From contig CM068769.1 of NCBI GenBank assembly GCA_035084275.1, positions 1,736,001 through 1,800,000 on the forward strand: a DNA stretch of 64,000 nt, in the 5' to 3' direction. Within the stretch, counting starts at the first letter, position 1; every line of letters begins with the position of its first letter. Shown here in pieces: positions 12,200 through 26,343 of this stretch. Source of the DNA: Hydrolagus colliei (lineage: Eukaryota). The position numbers were made by a program, and so were the translations under genes. The notes beneath the pieces were generated by a model. That model saw only the letters and a list, made by a program, of their open reading frames with translations. It was not told the DNA's origin and searched no databases.

Positions 12200-12760
12200 T
12201 CATCGAATCATAGAATCTTATGATAAAAAAGGAGGCCGTTCGGCTCATCGCGTCTGTGCCGGCTCCTTAAAAAGAGCAAGTTAATGCCACTCCCAAGATC
12301 TCTGTCCATAACCACGCAAGCCATCCTCCTCATAAAAATGTGCATTAATCTTTTAAAAGTTGTTATCGAATCGGCCTCCACCACCTTTTCAGGAAATGCA
12401 TTCCAAATTGGAAGAAGTCGCTGACTGAAAAAAAATCCCCTCATCTCCCCTCTGCTTGTTTGTGAAACTATTTGAAATCTGTGATCGCGAGTTATGCATA
12501 CACCCAACAATGGAAACAAGTTTTCATTGTTTAGTGTGTCGAATCCCCTCATGATCTAAAAACATCTGTTGGGTCACCACGTAACCTTCTCTGCTCCAAT
12601 AAGAATATACCTAGCCTTTCTAGCCTTTCTCATAAATGAAGTCGCACTTTCTTGTTACCATCCTGATAAATCTCCTCTGTACCCTTTCCATTGCATTCAC
12701 ACGCTTCCTAAAGTGTGGCGATCAGAATTAAACGCATTACTGTAGCTCAGGCCTAATTAA
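12200..12760 (-). mobile_element. CR1 LINE 3' fragment
   Basis: ORF 12208-12552 (LFPLLG..TRDHRF...FFSQR...WNAFPEKVVEA) and an (atcatagaat) tail. Confidence 0.85.
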
Positions 12761-13479
12761 CGTTTTATAGTGGTTACACAAGATGAGGTCCCACAAGAAC
12801 AGAAGTTTACGAAAACAGTGGCATGGGAGCAGTGGTAGAAGATATTAAAGTATGATTGCAAAACTGAAAACAAAGAAATATATAGTATCGTAAATATAGC
12901 GCCAATATTTGCCAATAAAAACAAACTGGAGAATATGATGAACATGGCAGTAAAGATCAGAGGATTGCAGGAATACATAACAAGGCTACCAGAAATCGCA
13001 AGCACATTAAAATTTAATCTATTTGAGGAAAATGCAAACGTAAACATTCTGGTGGACAAAAACCATCAGTATACCACAATAGGATAGTACATTCTTCTTG
13101 CTGTCCAAGCTCATATGGGACACAACCGCAGGATGCATAATCAATAATATTGCACTTTCCTTCCAGAAATAGAATAATATTTCCGGAATGGGATTATAAT
13201 AATAATAAATTAATTAATAACAACTCCTACATTTGATATAGCAACTGATCACTCATCCTATACGTATGCAAGCGCTTCTTACGATAAACTGTCAAGTGCA
13301 GTGACAGCATTCTGTTGGCCAATTTTCAAAGTCCTCAAGTGCCCATTCGGCAAATGAGCTGGGTGTGGGAGCGGATAAAGTTGGGAGATTCAGGCGGATC
13401 GAGTACAGAAAGTGAAATGAATTAATTCGTTATTGATGCGCCTTAAAAGAGTGGAGGGAGGGAGGAAGAATCATAGATT

Positions 13480-13975
13480 CATAGAATCATAGAATCATAG
13501 AATATTACGGCACAAAAAGAGGCCATTCGGCCCATCTAGTCTGTGCCGGCTCTTTGAAAAGAGCGATTCAATCCCACTGCCCTGCCCGCTCCCCATAGCC
13601 TAACAGACCCGTTCTCCCTAAATAAAGATCTAATTCCCTTTTAAAAGTTGTTATCGAATCAGCCTCTACCACCTTTTCAGGCAATGCATTCCAGATTAGA
13701 ACAACTTGCTGAGTGAAAAAAATTCTCCTCAGCTCCCCTCTACTGCGCCTTGAAACTATTTTAAATCTGTGACCACGAGTCACAGATTCACCCACGAGTG
13801 GAAATAGTTTTTCTCTATTTGCCCTGTCGAAACCCCTCATGATCTTATAAATCTCTATTAGGTCTCCCCTCAATCTTCTCTGCTCCAGAGAGAATAACTC
13901 TAGCCTATCTAGCCTCTCCTCATAGCTGAAGTCCCTCAATCCTGGCACCATCCTAGTAAATCTTCGTTATACAGA
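13480..13975 (-). mobile_element. CR1 LINE 3' end, low divergence
   Basis: Open ORF 13568-13951 MVPGLRDFSYEERLDRLELFSLEQRRLRGDLIEIYKIMRG...WNALPEKVVEA; (catagaat)n tail. Confidence 0.9.
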
Positions 13976-15954
13976 GAATCGGAGGGACTCCCGGAATGGA
14001 GCTTGCGGACGTTGTGTAGTTTCTCACTAGGGAATGGGAGCATGTGAAGAGGGCACATTAAGACTACGAGGAATGCATCTGTATTCGGTCTTCTCGTGAT
14101 TGTGAGCTACCAAATGTTGCCCTCACTTTGTTCACTAGCTGTGGGATAATTTTCTAAATCAAGCGCAGTGTCTGAATTCAACTAGTTAGCTGTCCATCCT
14201 CATGACTTGCCACCAATCTGCCATGTCTCCAGGTCGAAACGCCTACCATCAGAGGCAGGACTTTCAGAATCTCTGTCCCACAATCTGGAACTCCAACCAC
14301 AGTCACTTCGCCTCGATGATTCCCTCGCATACTTCAAGGCTATTCTAAAGACGCTCCTTTTCGATCCTGCCATCTGCCCAAGACCAAATCCTCTTTATAA
14401 CACACTCCGCTGCACAACCCCTAAAAGCAATCTATCTGCATTTTCCACCATAATGTCCACTCGCTCTGCAACAAATCACTTATTATCCATGACATCATCT
14501 TGGATTAATATTCCGGGACATACAGAAAACGAAATTGCCCACCATTTTCATGTTGAATCGTCCCCCATGGCTACACGTTTCGCAGCACTGTGGCAACAGG
14601 TATATTTTATTTCTCTTACCCTGATGGGTCTTTCCCCGTGTTATCTATCGAATTTTACAATCCTCTTCAACTCCCTAAACCTTGACCTCTAACTCAACTC
14701 ACCATGCCGCTCCATCGGCCTCATTTCCGAACTAAGAAATGGCTTCTCCGTCTCACAAATTACCTCCTTGGATTAAAGACAGAGTTAGGATCCTTCTGCA
14801 CTGGCCGCGCTCCCATAACAGGGATGGAGAACCACAATAGCTCCCTCTACATTGTTTCCAAACTTGCAGGTCTGGGTTAGAGATGCAGTAAGTCCCCACG
14901 TACGCAAACAGAAAACAGGTAAAGCAATTATTCATCCTAAAGTCTCACTCTATTGTGGCGAGTGTCAGGGATATACAATGCGCTGAATAAAAGTCTTTAT
15001 ATCCGGTGAACATTCAAGAAATGTAGGTAGCCGTACCTGGTTTGTAGAGACAATCTGAGTTTCACCACTGGCATCTGGGGACAACGTCAGCCTCTGAGAC
15101 AGATTGGGGATCCGCTGATCGTGGGGGCTGGGCGATACGTCTCTCTATATCTGTTTTCATGCAGCTCCAAAGCTGCATTGATCATTGAGACTGGAAGCTG
15201 AACACACCCAGTCTGTACCTTACCCATTTTATTTGGTTGAGTAGTTAATGTTTTACCACTCACAGGAATTTTTTCTTTGTGCTTCGAAAAAGAAAGAAAA
15301 CAAGACGGCCTAAGAGAACAAAAGAGAGAAAAACACACCTGTAGACAAAGAGAGGAAAACTTAGAGAGGGAGCACAGATTCTACGTGAGCAATATTTTAT
15401 TTTCAACACCACATATCTACGCAAAAGGCGATTTTAAGAGAAAATGCTGCTCAACGTTTATTACATGAAAATTCTACACCTCGTTTATCATTTATAAAGT
15501 TTCCAGGAGAACGAGGCACACGATCGCTGAGAGGCCTGGAGGTAGGCCAAACTAATACATATTTTAAAAAGAATAATGCAGCTAAGGTACTCAACTCTAC
15601 AATAAAAGCGGAAATAACTAATTATCCACGAATGAAAATTTAACTAAGGCAGCTAGCACGGAGTTATGCTGATACATCCATGACAAATACGAATGAATTG
15701 TTTGAAGAAGTAATCCATAATGTTGACACGGAAAAGCAATGGTTATCGAGTATTTGAATTTTCTGATGAACTTTACTAAAATACCACGTGCAAGGCTGTT
15801 GGCACAGATCGGATTGTATAGATTCGAAAGAGTGGTTACAGAACGCATTAAGGAATGTTCAGAAAACTGAAAAGAAAGAGAAGAAGTTAAGGCTGTCTGC
15901 ACGGGCTGGGAAACAGCATCACTGAGCACCACTGAACTACCAGTCCTCTAGTTT

Positions 15955-16225
15955 GTGGACCGGTAGCTCAGTGGTTAGAACACTTGCCTTCCAAGCGAGA
16001 TAGCTGGGTTCGATTCCAAGCAGGGCAAAAACTTTGGCATAATATTTTTCTCTCCAAAAAAAATCCAACAATGCATGACTTTTTTGGGGATACTGCTGTG
16101 TTCAATTGGCTGCCGTGTTCTCCACAACTATGCAGTCAGTATTTTACAGTATTATCTGTGAAGCGCTTTGAGACACAGTCCAGAAGACTTGAAAAGCGCT
16201 ACATCAAATGCAAGGGTTATTATTG
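15955..16225 (+). mobile_element. tRNA-derived SINE
   Basis: A box tagctcagtggt, B box ggttcgattcc, and the shared tail gtgaagcgctttgagac...gaaaagcgctacatcaaatgcaag. Similar copies occur at ~25375-25670, 30405-30520, 46005-46320 and 55918-56230. Confidence 0.8.
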
Positions 16226-18299
16226 TGCATGTATGTAATTCTGCTGTTCATCATATAGATAAGCGATCTGGGTTTCGGAGATGTGCTGTCAGTATGCGTG
16301 CATGACATCAAATTAGTGTGGGGGTGGTGGATGGTAAACACTGAAGTAGATTTGATAAGAACGGTGGCAGATATTGAAAGTTTAACAATGTGGGAAGAGA
16401 AATTGAAAACAAACGTTTACCAATGTGAGCAGACAGATTGATAACAATAATAAATAAAATAATAATCCTAAAATGAATTTTATTGTGTGACAATGAAAAG
16501 TAAATCATTTTACTTCTGCGGGAAAGCTAAGGTATATTATATCCTTTAGTGGACAGTAAGACTTCCAGATGAACAGAGGGCAAACATATCTGGGATTTCA
16601 GATCCACAAAACTATCAAACACTAATCAATTACAAAAATACATTTTCAAAAATGACAAACGAAAGTAAATTGTTGATGTTGATTTCCATTTGGTCAGACG
16701 AATATATGATGTATACGGAATCCCATCATCAAATTAAAAGCCAGAGATTTCCACGCATCCCACCTACATATTACAATTCTTGTTGTATACATTGGAATGG
16801 ATTATAAAATTTATTCCTGATGTTTCGCATTGTTCTTCCCTAATCCCAGCTGTATTAGTCGCAGTTAGGCAAGAGCAAAGGTTTGGGGAACCCAGAATAT
16901 GTATTGGGATATACGTGTTGCAATCTAAAATTGTGAGCCAAATCGGTAATGAATGTAATTGTGAGGTGAGCAAAGAATAAGCAACGACTGAACCAAGAAA
17001 ATTGTGTCAGGTGAGGCATGTGAAGCGGTGACCGAAAGGGCTGGCAAAAAGCTGAGTTGCTCCCTTTTTATGCATAGGGCATTAACAAGTAACATTTCGT
17101 GCATATATCTCTGCAGAACATCACTTTCTCCCTCTTCCAAATCATTTGTACGGTTAGCATTCAGTTTTTAAACATTTTTAAAATCCGTTCTGCTACCTCT
17201 TCTATAACTCCAGCCGATTGGAATTTTATCAACATTTATCTCACATGGTACTTTAATCAATTCACTCTGGAAATACAGATATTTTATATCCACTGCATTT
17301 CTTTAACCGATATGTCGGTTACGTATCCCAAATTGAATAATATTTATAACGGATGTGTCTTCGTAGTTTCATGCTAACTGCTTAATTATACTTTACTTCT
17401 CCAGAAAAATATTTTGTTGTGGAATACTAAACATTGTCCACAACTGACTTGAAGATTATTGGCCTGGAGTTACTTCGAATAGTTGCATCGCACTTTTAAA
17501 AAAACATATATATTGGCCACTCCACAGTAATCTTAGTGACGTTAGTCACAGCCCTCATTGACACAGTGCCTTGTCGTCTTGGAAATTTTTCAAATGATTA
17601 GTAAGTGGATCATCATACCGATCCAGCTACCTTTGGAACGATCCGTTCATTTTTTAACTATTTTCTAAAATGTCTCACATTTAGTACACATGTCGTTTGC
17701 ATTGCAGCAATGTGCTCATATTTTCATTATCTTCTCTCTCTCGTTTTGTCTTCTCTATTTCCGCACAGGTATGTCTATCTCCAGTTATCTTTCTTCAACT
17801 ATTTCTCACTTTGTAACTTTCTGTTTGGATGCACAAAGGAGAAAACCTCGTGACCAATAATTCAGCCATGTCAAGGGGCAAAATACAGTCTAGGATTCTT
17901 CAGCTGCTGACAGTGAAGCCAAGTGAACAGTGAAGCCAAGATTGGAGCAGTGTGACAACAGGGAGCGAGAAGGAGAGGGACCCTGTGTCGCTATTGTGGA
18001 ATTAACTCACACAGTACTCAAACACAAGTAGCATATATGAGAACAATTTTAATAATACTGTACAGCTGAAAGGGGAAGCACCCACTCAGGCTAACGTCAT
18101 TTCCACTTAGAAGTTACACGTAATTTTTTAAAATCTTTATCTTATTATGACCCGTGACAATTCTGCGGCATTTTAAAACCAATCATAATAATACAAGTTT
18201 CCTTCATGACCATGTCTTCTTGTCTGACCCTGAAAACTTGGTGCAAAACAATACCTAACTCAGCCAGTTGGACATTGTCCACAACTAGATGTCAAGATA

Positions 18300-19020
18300 G
18301 ACTATATAATTCATAGTTGTGGGGAGTTCTTTGCCTCCCTTGTTTTTACCCAGATTTTGAGATGGCTCTCCTACTCACTTGGCAATTTGTACAATCATTT
18401 GCGCGTTTGCTATTGCTCACCTTGGATAATTGGCATGGACCAGTAACCAAGGTTATCCCAGCGAAAGGAAATTTGCACCCGATGATTTGTGTAGATAAAT
18501 TGTTTCTCTCCTGTTGCTCAAGGATGCTGACCATGCTTGTGTTGAGGACAGATTACGTTAATTGGTGCCTGATTGGAACTAACGGTAATTAATTGCTGCA
18601 GGGAAACAATTTAAAAGATGGACAGGAAAATGTAAACACAAAACCAAGAACTGGACGTGTCTTGCCACCATGCTCCAATGCTCTGGCATGCCAGGGTCAT
18701 GTGAACCAGGTGAACTTGTGGTATATTGTGTGTCACCTTCCGCACCCCCTTGTCCACAGGATAGACAGAAGACTTTCTCCAGTTGCCAGACGTGGAACCA
18801 TTGTTTCCTCTCCAATTGAGGTATTGGAAACTGTATTTTTTGGATGTTTGCAGGATATATGGAAACGCAATATTCGGTGGTGTCTTCTTAGAACTCGCTG
18901 CAACACAGTGACGCTTTGCAGTATTGAGGACCTTTGCTTAGAATGTACAGCTGCGGTTGAAGTGTGGACAGACAGAGTAGAGGGAGATTTAGAGTGTCTC
19001 CAATTCATGATGCCAATCTA
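18300..19020 (-). mobile_element. Highly degenerate Ty3/Gypsy-like gag-protease relic
   Basis: Minus-strand translation across stops gives FQSGTN*RNLSSTQAWSASL...FLSLG*PWLLVH, resembling the LILGxPWLxxHNP motif of Gypsy proteases. Weak support. Confidence 0.3.
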
Positions 19021-21689
19021 GAATATCAGTATATACAAGCAATGCAGAATCTAGATGCACCTAACTGAAAAATTAAGCTTAATACTGACAAAAGAATTGC
19101 GACAACAGAGAGACCGTCAGTGAAATGAAATGTTTCATCTGTCCCTCCACTTCACTCAGTAATTGTATCTGAGATTGTTTCACAACAAGTTGGAAGTACC
19201 TCGTCGAGGAACGTTAGTTCACGAACTACGCAAACACACTGCGTTACGCCCTCCACAACTCCCACCTCGAAAGCCTGTAGATCAAAATGAAATCCGAAGC
19301 GCGTGGCCTCTCCCACTACAAGATCCACGCTCGCCTCTACAGTAAGTCACTTTATCTCGTATTCTTGCCTAAATCCACTGGCTTCGCATCATTCAGAGGA
19401 TTCAATTCAAAATCCTTGTTCTCAACCTTAAAATCCCCCATGGCATTAACCCAGCCTACTTCTGAGACTTCCATACCACCACGCAACATCCGCTGCATGT
19501 CCCGTGACCCATCCAACCCACCATAGGCGGCCTTCCCTCTTTTGTCTAGCATTTCTACTGATCCGTGCTAGGTTTGATTTTCGGTCAGGCGTCAACCAAT
19601 GATTAATAAAAACATGTAAGTTATAATTAGCGTGAAAAATGTAGCTATGTTATTGTTGTCATGGCTTAGCTTTCTCTGTTTCTTATTTCTTTGTTTTTTC
19701 CCACTGCCACTTGGCAGCGTGAGTACCTAGTGTCGCACAATGTCACAGCACAACTTTAACTTAGCTGTGACGTGATGTTACTACAGTGAAATTCGTTTTC
19801 CACTGCATGGCCGCAATGACCTGTGTAGCCAATTTTGACAGCGACTACCTCAAACTTCCATCATTTAGCTTGGTAATGAGACTCTAGCAGTTAACCCAAC
19901 AAACACTCTAGGCTTCCACAAGTTGTGGTTCTTATCAAACTGCGGCTAGTGATCTCGGTTTATACCCCTCACCACGGAAAGATTATGGAAACCGTTCCAA
20001 CAATCTATCTGTAGGATTTATATGTGAGGGTGAGATGTACGTATATCTTACGTTGGTTTGGAGACTGTTCAACAGGTGATTGATTTCCACGCATGTCGGA
20101 CACTCGACAGAACAAAATCAAATTAGTCCAGAAACCATACTGGAGTGCTGGTTAAGTATGCGAGACCTTAAGAACACGAAGGTAACTATATTGTTGAGGC
20201 TAAAACTCCTCACATTTTGGACGCTGGTTCTTTTTCAGATCAGGCGTGTAACACGGGGGTTCAGTCTCGTGTGAATCGGGACCCGGTGTAGTGAGAAGCT
20301 GGTATGTTTTCCTCAATGCTGCTCACTCGTTTTCTGTCTATGCTAAATCAAACTTAACTACGGTTAAGCCTTCTGTGTACTGACCGAATGTCGCCATTTT
20401 GTTTCTGTTTCACCACGACTACGAAGGAAACTACCTAAGATGGTTGTCATACTATTGACATTGATTGAGCAAACATTTCATCGTACTGAGGCTCACCGTA
20501 ATTTACTGGTCCCAAGTCCATAGTCCAACGCAAAGTTATATTACATGAAAATATCCATAAAAGGCATTATTGCTTATTGGCCTTGACAGCCTTTCATTAA
20601 CTGTTACACCAATGATTTTCAAAGGACAGGGGCCTATGTTTGTACTATGCCTGGTAGCCTACAGTACGAAACTGTCCTGCGTTGGCCAGATATGCTTCCA
20701 ATGGCCAGAAAAGAATGGGGTGAGGCAAAGCGGAGGGACCAGATATTTCTAAAATATTTTGTATTCGGAGAGAGAATATGAGATTTCTCTTGAATACACA
20801 TTTAATATTTTCTACTCCCTCACCCCCTCCCTCTCTCTCGCTATGTACCAGATCCACTGTCTCTTAACGCAACCACAAACTCTCTCCTTCTCAAAACGCA
20901 CTTTCTGAATTTATTTCACACCTCCTCGCATTGTCTCTCACACTCTGTCTGCCAAACTTGCTTCTCTCTTTCTGACAAACGGTCTCCCACAGACGCTAAT
21001 CCACTATCTCGCATATTCTCTGTTCTTTTCTTTGTATCGTTCATGCATTCTTTTCTTGTACATTTTTTCACACACACATTATTTCTCAGTTTGGTTCAGA
21101 GACAGGTTAATAATTGCGAGGAGCAAATCGTTGGCCCATTCAAATCAGTACTAATTTGACGTTGTTAATTTTTTCCGGGTTAATCATTCATAAGGGAAAC
21201 CACCAATATCTAAAGTCTCTGTGGTGTAAGGTGCTGTGTACTTGTGACTGATTAAGCATTCCAATATATCCCATTCGTATGATAGCCATTTTATGAAATG
21301 CATCTTCTCAGGGAGAGAGCACGTATTCCATTTAAATGATCGTTTCAAATTTCTATGAATGAGTAGAATACATGGAATTCTCTATTTTATTTCCACACTT
21401 GTTTGGGAGTCTTACGAGCACAGAGTTGGTCTAATCAGAACTTGACAGGATTTGATTAACAAACGAGTTTTCAGGTTAACCATTCATAGAAACAGCCGTA
21501 TTAATGTCCAAAGTCCATCTGTTATTCTATTCTCGACTGTGCAGACACTAAGGAAGACAGTGCGAGTGTCGAAACATTTTAACCAGGCCTTGAGCAGGAT
21601 TCAAAATATAGAGGACTTAAAGCATATGGGGGATGGCAGATTAATTGAATTTCGTTTGAAGGTGAAACATTAGCATATAGCAGAGACTC

Positions 21690-23210
21690 TGGCCACAATC
21701 TCTTAATTGTTCTTGGATACAGGGGTGGTGCCAGAGGATGGAAGTTTGATAATGATAGTACCCTGTATAAAAGGGGCAGAGTTACAAACCTGCGAGTTAC
21801 AGGGAAGTCAGTCTAAAGTTGGTAGTGGGCATAGTTCTGCAGTCTATAATCAGGGAAATGGTAGATGTTCACTTAGCAAGATATAGGCAAATAAAGCGCA
21901 GCCAGCGTGGATTTGTTGAAGGCAAATCTTGCCTGCTGATGTAAACTATATCAGCGCTGCTGATATAGTTTACATGGATTTTCAAAAGGCATTTGACAAA
22001 GTGCCGCATGAGATGATTATCAGGAAAGTAGAGGCACATGGCGTAAAAGGGACAGTGGCAGCATGGATCCACAGCTGTCTGCGAGACAGAAAGCAGAGAG
22101 TTGTGATGAGAGGCTGTTTTTCCGACTGGAGGGAAGTGTGCAGTTGCGTCCCCCAGTGATCAGTTTTGGGATCACTGATCTTTGTAATCTATAGGAATGA
22201 TCTGGAGTTGTGTATCTGCCGTACAGTTTCCAAGTTTGCAGATGATACTAACTTAGGGAAAATAGGAAATAATGAGGAGGATAGTAACCATCCGCAGGAA
22301 TATATAAATAAAATGGTAAATTGGTGAGACAAATGCAGATGAAGGTTAATGCAGAGAAGTATGAGGTGATAGATTTGGGGAGAAGAAATGAGTGGAGGCA
22401 ATATAGGCCAGATAGTGCAATTTTAAGGGTTGTGAAGGAACAGAGAAACCTGGTAATTAGTGCTAGTGACACTATGAAGGTGGCAGATCAGGTAGACAAC
22501 CCTCTAAAGAAGGCATGTGGGATGCTAGGCATCACAAATAGTGTTAAAGTGTACAAAAGTCAGGAACTGACTACTAACCTCTATAAAACTTTGGTTAGGC
22601 CTCAACTGTATTACTTTGATCAATTCCAGTCACCACATTATAGGAATGATGCTAAGGTATTGGAAAGGGATTAAATAGGTTTAATAGAATGGTGCAAGGA
22701 TATAGGGACTCCAGTTACGAGAAAATGCTAGATAGGCTAGGCTTATTCTCTATAGAAGATTGAGAGGACACCTGGTTTATAAAATGATGGGGTGTTCGAC
22801 AGGTGAATAAGGGAAATCTGTTTCCACTGGTGGGCGTATCCGCGACGCGCGGTCACAGATTGAAAATAGTTTCAAAACGAAGTAGAGGTGAGCTCACCAA
22901 ATTTTTTTCACTCAGCGTGTCAAAGCGCTCTGAGACGCCATCCGGCTTGGCGGGCCCTATATAAATCGAAGTTGTTGTTGTTGTGCTTGAAGTTAGAATC
23001 TGGAATACATTGCCTTGAAAGGTTATGGATGTTGATTTGACAACAGCTTTAAAGAGATAAATAGATCTTTAATTAGGGAGAACAGGTCTGTTAGATTATG
23101 GGGAGAGAGCGGAGCAATGGGATTGAGTAGCTGCTTTCAAAGGGTGGGCAAAGACTGGATGGGCCGAATGGCCTTCTTCTGTGCTGTACGTTTCTATGAT
23201 TCTATGATCT
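21690..23210 (+). mobile_element. CR1 LINE ORF2 RT to 3' tail, degenerate, with a short SINE/L2-tail insert at ~22920-22985
   Basis: DIVYMDFQKAFDKVPH...GCFSDWREVCSCVPQ; FADDTNLG; LYKTLVRPQL; ttctatga tail. Confidence 0.9.
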
Positions 23211-26200
23211 CATTAAGCAGGGCAGTTCGAGGGACCTAGTGGCCTACGCTTGCTCCTAATTGCTATGTTCTTATAACTTTCTGCTTGTCACATACAGAGT
23301 GATGTAATGTGTTGATTTCACGGCAATCAAATGTCCATTATTGAGTGGTTACACCTTCCACAGTGAATTGACTAATATCTACTCGTGGTCTCCTTTAAAC
23401 TAACCACATTCATGCTCCCCAGTTTATTTACTTGAGGTTTTTCAACCCCGCTGAAGCAGCCGTTACCTCCACTCAGCGGTCACTGGCACATTTCACACCC
23501 AATTAAACAACTTTCCTTCACCCACCTTCGCTGAATCCCTCTGCCTAAATCCCGAACTCGCAATCTCCCACCATCTTGACCCCAATCTCCAGCCTCATTA
23601 CACATAATCGCCTCGCACCCGCATCACTTCGACTTGTGCCTTTACCCTGAAATCTCGTTCCATAGTAGAGTCCTGCAGCTCAGCAGTTAGATCACACGAA
23701 TTACAAGCGAGAAACCGTGGTTCGTGTTCAGGCAGGGCGAAACTGTGGGCTCATTTCTTTACTTCGAATGCCTAATAATAATCCACCAAATAAAAACAAG
23801 TGAATTTATATTCAATGATTCGCTTTGAGACGTCTAGAACATACGAAAACCGCTATATTAAAATGCATGCATTATTATTAGTATATTTAATGGTGCTATA
23901 ATAAAAATCACCATCTACAGTAGATGTAACTCGAGTGATAGATCCCCCAACTCAACTGTAAATCCACCCACGCGTTTCTGATTCTGAATCATGCTCAATT
24001 CAGGTAGCACAATTCTACTCCACATATTCGCCGGGCCTAACCAACATCAGCGGTTTGGATTTTGAGACTATCAGCCCCTCCTCTCTGAAACTCAATCCAG
24101 AGCCCCTCTGCCTGACACTCTCCAAGCAGTAGAATCCCCTGCCAGTCTGTGCCAGCACCGTGATGAAAATATAAGTATTCAGTGCAATTTCGCGGCGTTT
24201 TGCACGGTCCCTGGTTCTTGCTATTATGAACTCATCTGCCTAGATCCCTATTGGAAACCACTAGCAGGAACAATATCTTGCAATCAATTTGCTGGAGAAA
24301 GGAGAGGTCTTTCTCGGAGTTAGGTGTGCAACCGATTAAGCCAGGCTGAAAGCTGAAAGCAAGTTGTAATATTTTCACAGAGTACAGTTCAAATAATGGA
24401 AACGCTGACTGTGTTTCACGAGAGAGAATTATTGCAATACCCGATTATTGCCTCCCTGATCTGATACTAGCGATCGAAAACCAAACTAAACGCATCATTG
24501 ACCAACTGAAGGCCAAAGGAGTATTCGGGGAGATACAATCCCAGGTTGGTCGTTGTTTCACTTGGACTAAAAAATTTCAGGTTTACACACGAAGAAACCA
24601 AATTGTTTGTCACCCTGTCTGCGTCACCATGTATATCAGTCTGCCTCAGTCACTGACAATCAATCTGGCACAGTCACTATGTGTCTAATTTGTTCGGACA
24701 CCAGGTGGCAATCCGGTTCACTCATGAAATGTCATTCCGGCTCAGAATCCCAGTGTTAAATTACTCAGTTGCTATGTGTCGGTCTATACCCATTCAATAT
24801 CTGTCAGCCTGGCCAATAGCTCACTTTGTTGCTTCAGTCAGAAGGTTGATGATTTAAGGCCCCTAGTTGCAGAAAGGGAATCCATCCGGTTGAAACTGTC
24901 GATTCAGTACAGCGCTGTGGGAGAAGAGCTGTGATATCAGCTCTGGGATGTTCATCCGAGGTAAAAGGCGCTCTATCAGTGCAATTTTGTCGTTGTGAGA
25001 TGTGCCTTAAAAGATTTCAGTATTCATTGCCATGCCCTGTTCAGTGCAGACATAGACGCCATACAGGCTGTAAGGAAAATTGTTTCTCTCTCTGTACGTT
25101 TACTTACCAGTTTTGTGGCTTTGGGGTTGATATCATTGTTTGAAATCTCAGCCAGCTGCATGAAACAGACGCTAGAGTTTACAGGGAATCCTATCAAAAT
25201 CTGTGGGATCCATTTGCTACAGAAGTCCCTGCACCAAATATAAAAAATATTATACTTAAATGAAAACCAAACTGAATGGCATTTGAAATTTGATTAACTG
25301 TCGAGCACCATAGCTCGTCCTTCTTACGTGCAAGTCTCCATATCAATGGAATTTATTGATTATTATCATAATAATTCCTGTAGCTCAGTGGTTCGAGCAA
25401 TCACTTTGCAAACAAAATATCCTGGGTTCTATTCCCGGTTGGGAAAACCTTGGGCAAGCTTCCTTACTCGGCACAACACATAATAATACCTATGAAAAAA
25501 AATTCAGTTGAAAAAACAACTTTTTTCTGGACACTGCTATGCGCAATTGGCTGCTGCGTTGCATGCACAAATATTACCATCAATTCGCTTTACTGTATAT
25601 AATGGGAAGCATTTTGAGACGCCTGGAAGTCGTGATGAGGCGCTACATCGAATGAAAGATTATTATTTAGAGCGAAAGTACATACCATTGGGCGGAAGCT
25701 GTACTGGAGAACGTTGTGGCACAAGGTAGCAATGCACAGCTGAAACTGTGGGAGTGTTGCACGCGGTTAAGGATGAAAGTAGAATTCTGACTATCACATT
25801 TGAAGACATCGTAAAATAAGGTATTGTTGATAATAAGAAGCTATTTCGTTGTTTTCTCTGGCATGCTTACGTTGCAAAGCATAACACTCAGAGATCCCCC
25901 CAAAAAAAAAACACACGGGCAAATATCCGAGATGTTTATTCAAATGGACAACACTCTCTTTGGATACAATCCAGGAACAACCGGGGCTTAGTTTCCCATA
26001 AATAGACTTCAGTAAATGCTGGATCTATCCAGCTAATACATAGCTTGCCATTCAGAGCACTCTCTGGCAAGCTTTTCTACAGCTTTGCGAGCTAGGGATA
26101 GAATGTCCATTCCGGCTGTGACATGCAGGGTTAACCGTAGCTCTGTGGGAGTATTCCTTGCTCCTAGTGACTGTTCTGCCCTTCCAGTTCGGGTGGACTG

Positions 26201-26343
26201 TGCTTTCATTTAGAAATCCTCATGTCAATCCTCCTGGATCTGGAAATGAACAAGAGAGTAGCAAAGATGACTGACTGAATTCCATGTCTCGTTCGAAGTC
26301 ATTCAGCTCCATGTCTACCCTGATTCCCCTTTCCATCTTGCAG

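Noticed and set aside
16900-17640. Possible Harbinger-type transposase relic on the minus strand (KITVEW)
   Set aside because: Only one short motif, many stops, and no TIRs found.
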